A DNA stretch of 63,414 nucleotides, counting the filler, from Rhabdomonas costata (Eukaryota), in NCBI GenBank assembly GCA_019059605.1. It is 51 parts of 51 records of this genome, joined end to end, with 100 filler letters (N's around TTAATTAATTAA, not from the genome) between each part and the next. Parts side by side here need not be neighbours in the genome. Positions count along the whole stretch, not along the records: positions 49,819 to 50,964 come from JAHMHO010026393.1; positions 51,065 to 52,209 come from JAHMHO010026394.1; positions 52,310 to 53,454 come from JAHMHO010026395.1; positions 53,555 to 54,699 come from JAHMHO010026396.1; positions 54,800 to 55,944 come from JAHMHO010026397.1; positions 56,045 to 57,189 come from JAHMHO010026398.1; positions 57,290 to 58,434 come from JAHMHO010026399.1; positions 58,535 to 59,679 come from JAHMHO010026400.1; 43 more parts are not named here. One strand, 5' to 3'. Below the pieces are notes generated by a model. It searched no databases. It saw only the letters and a program-made list of their open reading frames with translations, and was not told the origin of the DNA. Position numbers and translations under genes: made by a program. This document shows, in pieces, positions 50,756 through 60,825 of this stretch (its first letter is position 1; each line of letters begins with the position of its first letter).

Positions 50756-53715
50756 GTAGCCGGTGGAAAAGAGCAGCTGCGCGACAATGGCCCGGGACCC
50801 GTGGGGCAGAAGGGAGGTTACCAGATGTGGAACGTTCGGTGGTGAGCCGATATCGGTTCCCCACGGCACCGTTCGCTCCAACGGCACCTCTCGCGAGCAC
50901 CCGTGGCCAACAGCGCGTGCGCCAGTCAGTCCCCAGTGGACACCACCAACCAGGCAACCCACAANNNNNNNNNNNNNNNNNNNNNNNNNNNNNNNNNNNN
51001 NNNNNNNNTTAATTAATTAANNNNNNNNNNNNNNNNNNNNNNNNNNNNNNNNNNNNNNNNNNNNGCAACGACAAAGGAGGTCTAATGGGCCGAAAACAAA
51101 GCCAGGACGGGAGACACGATACAGGGGGGAGGGGGCGAAGTCCCTGTGCTCCGACATTCCACCGACAAAGTGTTTTTGTTGCTATCCTCCTCCCACACAA
51201 ACTGGTTGATGAAAAAAATCTTCACGGTACGGTGACCACTTTTCGGTCAAAGGTCCACGTGCTAACATCAAATAGCGATCAGCACACATCACACAAAGAG
51301 CACGATAGAGATGAGATGCTGGTCAGAAATTGCAGGGGGCTCTCAGAACTGCAGGGGTGCACACCCTTTGGAGGGCGAAGAGTAGCAAGGGTGAGGCAGC
51401 GAGGACTGACCCAGTGTGTATGGGAGGGGGATTGCTGCAAAAACGTTTTGGGGAATTCCAGATCTCGCGCATGGTCCTTGTCTCGGGGCGTCTATCTCAT
51501 TCTATATTTACACGCCCATTCATGTTTTCATCGCCCTGCGCAGTGGTCTCATTGACTGGGGTGCGTATTCGTGTTGACGTCCATCGCTATCCATCGGGAT
51601 TCCTCAACTTGACTGCGTGTTGATTGGTATCAAACCCCTGCATTTGGCAGCCCTGTGGAACCTGCTCCTCTGGACTGCTCAGGTGCACGTCGATCTCGCA
51701 CAGCGAGACCCTAGTGGAGGTCTCGCAGCTCTGGGTCAGCACTCTCAAGCAGTACTCGGCCGCGCTGACCCAAGCCTTGCTCTCCGTCAAGCTTCCCCCA
51801 GGTTGTGGGGGCAGCAGTAGCAATAACGCGCCGTCCCAGCCTGTGGTGCGGGGGCCGACCAGCTACCATAGTGACCCTTTATCAACGGGGAAGCAATACA
51901 AGAAGCAGTGTTAGAAGCAATAGTAAGTGACAATACCAAAGAGGAGAGCAATGGAGAAAATATTAGTAAGAAATGTTGCCACCCTCCCCCGTCTAAAAAA
52001 CGTTCTGTGCATCGTAACCTTTAGGACCTCACGCAGCATATTGTGAGCAGTGACGTTTCTTTATGGTCCAAAAATCGCAAGATGTGTCGAAAACTAAGCG
52101 TTACAAATTCAGGCTTTTGTATAGAGTGCCGTTTACGAATCAAGAAGTCTTGGAGTGCAACCAGACTCAAACATATATACCTGGAGGCCCTTTGGCCACC
52201 ACCACAAACNNNNNNNNNNNNNNNNNNNNNNNNNNNNNNNNNNNNNNNNNNNNTTAATTAATTAANNNNNNNNNNNNNNNNNNNNNNNNNNNNNNNNNNN
52301 NNNNNNNNNCCCGACGCGAAGATCGTTCCGCCGTGTGGGTGCCAGTATGCAACCCTGATAGAGGTTTGCTTTGATAAATGACTACTCTTTCTGACCACTA
52401 CCTGATCACCAATCAGATCGATCGGATTAATACCCCCACGGTGCCTGCGGTTGTAGCAACCGCACTATGCACCCATGTGTCATTTGTGGGCAAAGTTGTG
52501 GTGGCCTCGATTCCGGACCTCTTTTCTGCTCTTCTTTGGGCGACTAGTGGTGAGCAGGTTAGTTGCGTGGTGCTCAATGCCCATTGGCGGGGTGGGGTGG
52601 CGGTTTCTTGGAAAAAGCAAGCCGGGCCAATGCTTCAATGTAGAGTTCTGTTTCCCAAGCAAGGGTACCAAAACTGACGGTCGCGTTTTTTATGAGGCTC
52701 TTCTTTGATTTCTGGAAATCAGTGCCCAGACCTGGAAGCCATCACCTCCGTGGGAAGTTGGGACGGCATCGATCTGAGTTGTCTTAACTCCCTCAAGGTC
52801 TGTTTTTACGTTGCATTGTGTCACTGCTCTTGCGTGTCGATGGCGTCCTTGATCCTGGAATGAGATACCCACTTGTCCCCTCCGATTTGGTTGGGGTTGA
52901 TGCCTTTTTTCTTGCTTGACAGGCTCTTGTGCGTGCAGCTACTTGCTCTCATCTGCGTCTCCTACGCACGATTCGCGGACCGTACAGAAAGACACCCCAC
53001 GTGTTTTTATCTGCTGCGTTGAATAGAAACCTACGGACTTGTGAAGTTTTGTCCCTTTCTCCTCCGCAGCTCCGCGAGAAGTTCTGAAAACAACTGTCGC
53101 AGTGGGTTCCGTTCATACTTGCGAAAACATACTCGCCTTCCAAAGGCCCCATCGATAGAGGGAAAGTCCAGATTCAACTCACAGTCAACTTCATGCCGCC
53201 TTTCTAAATGGGCAATTACAAACAAGAATGATAACCGTTGAATCATGGCAATAATCTTCTCCCCACAGCAAGATGGGAGCTGCCTTCTGTCTTGTGCGTT
53301 TGCTTTCTTGTGAAGATTTGATTCTCTCCTTGCAGAGACAGAATATCTGTTGCCTCCGACTTTTTGTTTCTTCAGGACACTGTGAGTGTGGTGTTCACGA
53401 AGCAGTACGGGTTCCGCTTCGTGAACACCACACACACCAAACACACCAAACACANNNNNNNNNNNNNNNNNNNNNNNNNNNNNNNNNNNNNNNNNNNNTT
53501 AATTAATTAANNNNNNNNNNNNNNNNNNNNNNNNNNNNNNNNNNNNNNNNNNNNGGGTGGGGTGGGGTCACCAGTGGTTTGTGCATGAAAAAAAGAAGAA
53601 GAATGTAAAAAAAATGACCTCCAGGATATTGTAAAAAATACTGGAAATTTTTGTAAAGAAGATGCTGCCCCCGAAAAGTTAGGTATATCCATAACTTGAC
53701 TCTTTTCCATCACAG

Positions 53716-53834
53716 GAGGGGAGAAGAAAAAGGAGCGCCTGGGCACCACCCTGCGCAACCTGCTCAGCCTGGCCCGCAGCTCATACCGGAGAATCCTGAA
53801 CTTTGGCCGCGTCGACGTCTGCTTTGGCTCCCCG
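53716..53834 (+). CDS. Glycerol-3-phosphate/dihydroxyacetone-phosphate acyltransferase (PlsB/GPAT/DHAPAT family) exon
   Basis: AG|GEKKKERLGTTLRNLLSLARSSYRRILNFGRVDVCFGSP|GTAAGT matches 'G..K.kEs......nfG.v.v.FgeP'. Confidence 0.85.
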
Positions 53835-54844
53835 GTAAGTATCCGACAGAGGATTCAGGAGCGGACCACGGTGTGCAGAACGGGGTACCCACCGCCTTTT
53901 ACCGTAGCTTGCACAGAAGTTGGGTTGGTCTGAGTTTTTCCTGTGCGCCCTCGTCTTCAACTTGTGATCCTCTTGTGATTCAGTTTTTGAGTGCTTTTGA
54001 ATCACGGCAGCGAAGGCATGCCCTCGTTGTCCAAATGTGCTATTGCGCGGGCACAGCCAGAGAATAGTTGTGGGTGAAGATCGTACAGTCGTGCATTGTT
54101 GTGTTGTGCATCCAACTTTGGCATGAATGTCTCCTAACACTGTGGATGAAGAACACATGTCAGAAAGAAGTACAGTATGAGAACTACAACAAAACCACCA
54201 AGAAGTACCGAGAAGTACAGTAGATATAGTGAGATATTGAGATATAGTGAGTGGAAAAGTGAAGTGAGGGAACAAAAATTATTCACTGAACCGGTTTTCC
54301 ATCCTAGCGGACACTGCGAAGGCATTGTTTGGGGGGCTCTGTTCCCAATACTTTATCAGAGGGCTTTATCAGAGAACGGTGGGATTCTGGACACCAGCGA
54401 AATGGTTTTTTGATTCTGGGCCGGGCTCGCACACTATGCCCCATACTATCCCCCAGCTCAGTGTGAACGCTTGATGAAGTGCAGTGCTTTCAGTATAGCC
54501 ATCGCTCTTTTGTGTACCTTCGTCCACATGGCAGCTTGGATCCCGTAGCGAACCGATTGACCACTGAAAAGCCAATATGGTTGCAGAAGTTTGTCTGCCG
54601 TGGAGACAGAACACACGCCCCCCGCACGCGCAGCCTGGGTTGCGGCTGGCATTGACCCTGGAGCCTACTCGCGTGCGCTGCGGCAAAGCCAACCCACCCN
54701 NNNNNNNNNNNNNNNNNNNNNNNNNNNNNNNNNNNNNNNNNNNTTAATTAATTAANNNNNNNNNNNNNNNNNNNNNNNNNNNNNNNNNNNNNNNNNNNNG
54801 TTGTGGGGGAGTCCACCACACCTCAGCGCTCGCGTTCCAAGCAC

Positions 54845-55485
54845 CCAGCAGCAGGTCAGAAGCGAACGGGGAGTAATGAAACGGGTAGTACCAGGTCCAC
54901 GACTGGAAGCCGTGGTAGTAATACCTGAGGAACGCGAATCCAAACACACAAGAACCCAAAATACGGATGCACGGCTTACGTTTACAGTTCACAGGTCAGG
55001 AATGCAAAGAAATCATGCATCCAATACCACCTCCAGCATCGATCACGCGGGTAATTGTTGCTGGGCAGGTTTTCGTTTCCAACTGGTTTCGAATCTTCTT
55101 TAGGCGATACCTCTTTTCCATCATCTTGCCGTGAAATTTCAACGACGCATTTAACCGCAAAGTTCCAGTTACCTTTGCCCAGTGTAGCTTTTATGGCTTG
55201 GGAGTCTCGCTTGTCTGTTCTGTTAGTGATCCTCACCACAATATCATCTGACAAAAAATGATGCAAACGCGGAACGGCCAATGCGCCGGGGCACGGAACC
55301 TTTGGGCATTTTAGATTCTCATCTGCTGCTTTCAGTTGCTTCAGCATACCTCATCAACAATGACAAATTACGTAAGCACGCACACACAACACACAAAAAT
55401 ACCTCATCACCCAGCATAGTTCTTGCCAGTAGCTCACGCAGCATCTTCTGAACTGCGCAGCTGCCATGTACTCCATTTTCCAGTC
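54845..55485 (-). CDS. XRN-family 5'-3' exoribonuclease, exons 55485-55403 and 54924-54845
   Basis: ...[34 protein letters not shown] is the XRN signature 'W...YYY.G..SW.WyYP.HYaP..SD'. Confidence 0.92.
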
Positions 55486-58400
55486 CTGCGACCATGTGCA
55501 GAGGGCGAGTGCAGCCATGTACTCGGAGGAAATGGAACGGGGCTGAATGTCTCAGCGTGTGGGGCTAATCTTCCGCCACTTTTGCACCCAACCCCCGGCT
55601 GCGCACAGAGAGCTGTTGCAAACATCATCATAATAAAACATGGGACAAATACAATCAATGTTCCTCTCTCTTGGGGTCGGAAGCCAAAGCGCCAACCAGT
55701 GTTCTAACCAATGCGGAGTTTTCGTTGTTTAACTTTTCGACATCGGGATACGTACGCAACATCAAAAGTCACAAGTTAAAGTTCCTCCCCGCTACTAGTA
55801 TACTGGCTACCACCGCATGCACGCAGAATTCTTATCAAGGCGCCCTCACCAAGACCAAGAAAAAAGATGAGCCAATGGCGACTGTGGACGTTAACAATAA
55901 CACTTGTCACAGACATCGGAGTTTGGCGTTGCACCGAAATGTGGNNNNNNNNNNNNNNNNNNNNNNNNNNNNNNNNNNNNNNNNNNNNTTAATTAATTAA
56001 NNNNNNNNNNNNNNNNNNNNNNNNNNNNNNNNNNNNNNNNNNNNGGTTTTTGGAATTTTCGGCGCTGGGCTTTGACAAATGGGACAAATGGGATTATTTT
56101 TTTTTGGTGCGAACTCCAGTCCGCCGCACCGTCAAAGCTGGCGGATTGGTTGGGACGTTGCATGTGGTGGGCGATGCTCCGTTTAGCACTGCAAAACGTT
56201 CAGCAATGCCCAGTCAGACAAATTTTAGGCGGATGCTATTCTTGGGGCACCAGGGTTAGGTAGACTGTCTCAAGTTCCTCTAAATGCATTTATTCTAGCA
56301 AAATGCGGTTGGGTATACTGATTTTTCTTCCCCTTGGACAGACATAATTTAATTCAAGCGGGGTTAATTTACAGTGCGAAACGTTAACGCCCCCCCCCCC
56401 GATAAAAAATGCAAGAGGCCTGAACATTCATCTGATGAGCAAGGCGAGCGAACACATAACATCACTCAGTGGCCTGGAATGGAGATAGGCAATGACCAGA
56501 CACCTGACACCTGTCTCGTGTCTGCATTCTTCATCGGGGAATACTGACCTTTTTCAAATATCACGGCCGGACCTCTGTGCAAGCGTGGGGCGAACTGGAT
56601 GTCCGAAAATTGCATTTAAATCGAGAAAAGTATGTCTTGTAGTATGTCTGCAAAGTGCGTCTGTGATGCCGTTTACCACCTGCACTATTGTCTCACAGTT
56701 TTTTTTTCTCCCGCTACATTTTCATCTTTTTGCGCCTTACGTTCTGCTCCCCACCTTTACAAGACTTCATCCGTATTGTCCTTCCTCACCCGTACGCTTC
56801 CCTTCCTTTGTCCTTTCGTTTTTTTGTCCCCGCCCATTCCCAGTGCTATTTTCCCCCTTCCCCCGGCTTTCCCATCCCTCAAACACAAATCCGCTTCTCT
56901 CTTTTTCGTACCAGTGACTTGAGATCGAACAACACACATCCACTAAGCCATACACTCCTTCCCCGACTACCACCTCACTTGTTCGGCGATTTTTTTGGGG
57001 TACGGGTGCGCTACTATGGAAACAATTATCCTCCTGTGAAACACAAGCACCAACACTGCTTTTGCATCAACCGCTGCAAAGGATGATTATTATCTGCGTG
57101 ACCTAAAAAAAAAAAGCTACACTCAAAATAGGTGCACCAATTCAGGCATCTTGAGCACGGTTAAAACGGGCAATGAAAAGATCTTGGGTNNNNNNNNNNN
57201 NNNNNNNNNNNNNNNNNNNNNNNNNNNNNNNNNTTAATTAATTAANNNNNNNNNNNNNNNNNNNNNNNNNNNNNNNNNNNNNNNNNNNNCGTTACCTCTG
57301 GATCGAATTTTAACTGGCAAAAGGCCCCTCCGCAAGAATTGAGCTGAATGAAAGGAGCCAAAATCCGCCGAGTTCAACCGCATCCCCGAATATGGGAAGC
57401 TGCTGCTGCTGCGCGGCGTCTCACCCTCTTATTTTCATGTGCGTGTCAGTTTTTGTGTTTATGTTACAATTAATGTGGTAGGTATGTAATGAAGTATTAA
57501 TTATCAATGTAGTTAGTGTTAGTTAGTGTTGTTAATGTAATTAGTTATTAATGTATTTAGTGTAGTTAATGTAGTTATGTAGCTGATGGAATCAATGGAG
57601 TATGTAATGTATGTATGTATACAATTTTCTTGAGCCTTCTTCATGCAAGACAAAACAGCAAAATACTGTACATCATTTTTCGAAGCCAGACGATTCACAA
57701 CATTCTGGAATGAAAACCATCCAGTACCTCCAGACGGGCGGAACCTTTTTTTATACAAAAACCCAAAACCCCATTTTTATACAATTTTCGCAACTTTTTT
57801 CCAGTTTTTTTTACAATTATTATATTTCTTTTTTTTTACAAAAAGGGAATCCCTTTGCACACCACAGAGTGAAACTCTGAAACTCCACCCCAAAGCTTCC
57901 CGCGTTACCACTTAACTGCAAGTAAGTGCCTTCTCCCTGACACGACGCTCCAGGAAGGTGCGGGAGATGCAAGCGCATGGGGACGCCTTGCACTCGCCAC
58001 ATTGACGGGTCAGATACGATGCGAGGGCTGAAAATAACATGCAACACAGCTGTCGGATGACAAACACAGGGACATTCACCACGGTGCACGTGACCCTCCC
58101 CCTCCTATCGAGGGCGGGTGAAGCTCCATAACTTAGGCTGAACGGCCATCCTTGTCTGGGTTCTCAGGTGCCTCACCTTTTTTGGGGCAGAGCCCCGCGT
58201 CTCGCTGGGATCCGCGGCTTCCTGAAAAATCACGAAGTGAAAAGGAGGATGGTAAATTCAAAAAGAAGCGAGAACCGTTTCTTTACACTTGGCACAAAAA
58301 GAAGCCGTTTTCACATCAGCACAGACAGTAATAGGGCCCCTGGCTAAAGATGGAGCACAACCAGCAAGGAGCAGTGCAGAGACCAGTGATAACAATTCTT

Positions 58401-58536
58401 AGCATAGTTTTAAAAGTTGTTCAAACCCCCCCCCNNNNNNNNNNNNNNNNNNNNNNNNNNNNNNNNNNNNNNNNNNNNTTAATTAATTAANNNNNNNNNN
58501 NNNNNNNNNNNNNNNNNNNNNNNNNNNNNNNNNNTG

Positions 58537-58832
58537 TTGGTGGGAAACCTCAATGACGCAATAGACCGTGGATCTGGGGAGCTCCAAGCCTCTGCGCTCG
58601 CCCATGCTGCATTTGCTGCTGGGTGGCCTCTCTTCAAATCATCTACTGCCTGGGAACTAGGGCAAGTCGCAGTCGAGGCACCGTCCTCACCAGGGACTCC
58701 GGGACCTTTCTGGGATCCTTATCTGCTGCTCTCTAAGGAATTCGCAGATCTCGTCAAGCTTCGGAGTTGCTCGGGCGCGGACGGCTCCTCGAGGGCCTCT
58801 GCATCTGGCTCCTCCTACGCCTCCTTGTCCAC
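58537..58832 (+). CDS. Probable exon of a hypothetical protein (3' boundary uncertain)
   Basis: GC-rich open frame running from the contig start. No family recognised. Confidence 0.35.
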
Positions 58833-60195
58833 TGGCTTTCCGCTCCTCCCCTCATGCCCTTCCTCTGTTTGTCACCGGCTTTTCATTCCTTCCGGTGCTC
58901 GAGGGCCTTTCTTGTGTACTTCTTTTCTGCTTGGAATCTTCAACCCAGCTTCTTCTGGCCACGGGGGTGCTGCAACAGTGTGGTCCCCACGATCTCCGTG
59001 TGGGGCATCATAATATGGGGTCTTTTTGGATTCTTTCCTGCGCCTGATACGGCTGTAGCCGGACTCCTTAGGCTGTGACGTCACACACACACAAACACAC
59101 ACACACAAACTTTCTTTGGTTTGGCAATATTTTTTCTGCGGGAACTCGAGATCCCGCATGCAAACTTAGCAACCGCCAACGAGCAATCGGTGCAGATCTT
59201 TGGCAAAATCCCCGATAACCGAACACTCTGAAGCCAGAAGCAGTGAAAAAAAGACACTTGAACAAGAACCTATGTGGGCTGTGAGACTTGCCAACGATGG
59301 GGAGGTTCACCGAAACAAAGGCAGAGTCATCGGAGCACAAACTCAACGGGCCACGTTCAGCCCGGTGAGCTGAGTAACGCAGTAGAACAGGCAAAGGCGA
59401 GTGCTGGAATCAAACGCGATGGACAGGAAGGCACAGGGCTGTGACGAAAAATAGCTGTCGGGAAAAGAAAGTATATGAGGATTACTGTTGAAAATTCTAA
59501 TCCACGTGATCATATTCCAATCATACCCACCCGCTCCATTTGAATCCGTCTGCTCCTTCTGAAATCCTTTTAAACCATCTGGTCTAACTAACTCTGAAAC
59601 ATTTCACAGACGGCAGCTTCCCAAACATCTTCCCTCCAACCTCGAAGCGCTGAGATCAAGGTTCATTCCCACAAACCCCNNNNNNNNNNNNNNNNNNNNN
59701 NNNNNNNNNNNNNNNNNNNNNNNTTAATTAATTAANNNNNNNNNNNNNNNNNNNNNNNNNNNNNNNNNNNNNNNNNNNNTGTTTGTGGGGGCCAGAGAGC
59801 CCAACTGCGAGTTTTCGTACCTGTTCTTCAGCGCGGTGTTTGCCCTTTCGCAGCCAGGATTTGCACAGTGGTCTTTTTTCTTACCTTACGACTAGGCATG
59901 AGATATAAGAGAAAGTGAAGGGCTTGAGAGACGGGGTTGCATACCCGCCAGCCAGATACCGGTATGCTCACCACATTGCAAAGGAATATCGCTTTCCAAA
60001 CTTTCACTTTCTTTTATGAAACAGAAAAAATAAGATGAGCTTCTGAAGCCCGAGGGCGGAAAGACAAGGTCTACATCTATTCCCGTTTGCAGCCCAGGAC
60101 ACAATAATTCCCCCCCAAGTTCGGATAGTTCTGTTTGCTAGAACTAACCGAACTATTCTGGAAACCAACTTACAAACAGAGAGCATTTGATCGAC

Positions 60196-60825
60196 CTGGA
60201 CTAAAACCCAGGAGCCATCCGCGGATCCCTGCCGCCGCTCGGACGCCAAGATAAAATCCCGCGCCGAGCAGCACGGCTTTGGACGGCTAACCAGGTGGAC
60301 CAGCTTCCGGTGATCTCTCGGGTGCACTGCCAAAACAGTGCTGCTGATGACGTTCGCACTGTCAAAGACCTTGCGGTCTTCCCACTGCCAGTACCGCGCC
60401 GCCAGCGCCTCTGGTGGCACCCCGGACATCACTAACCGGCCAACGCGAAAGAGCCTATCCGGTAGGTGGTCCTTCTTAGAAAAGAGCTCGACGTCTTGCT
60501 TCGTGGTGTAATGTGTAAGTCCGGAGAAGTTCTCCAGGATCGGAGCCAGCCTAGAGGCCACAGCGGCAAGGTCCTTGTCCACGGCAGGCTCCTTGAGAAA
60601 GGCCTCGAAGAGCGCGGTGTCTTCGGGTTGGGGCTTATCCAGAGAGGGAACCCGCACTGCCTGCGGGGTGACACTGACAGGCTTGGAGGAGGCGCCGTCC
60701 GCAGCGAGAAGGAGGTCCGGCTGCACTTGCAGGCGGAACGAATTGCGGAAATGAAGGGAGGACACAGCTCCCAAGGCCAGCCCAGCTGAAAGGGCAAGGG
60801 TCCGAAGACCAATGCGACGGTGCAT
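60196..60825 (-). CDS. START-domain lipid-transfer protein, first exon (210 codons)
   Basis: VPPEALAARYWQWEDRKVFD...SARDFILASERR...GSWVLVQ|GT shows the START 'R..wD' and 's.RDFv' motifs. The Arg-rich, acid-free N-terminus suggests organelle targeting. Confidence 0.85.
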
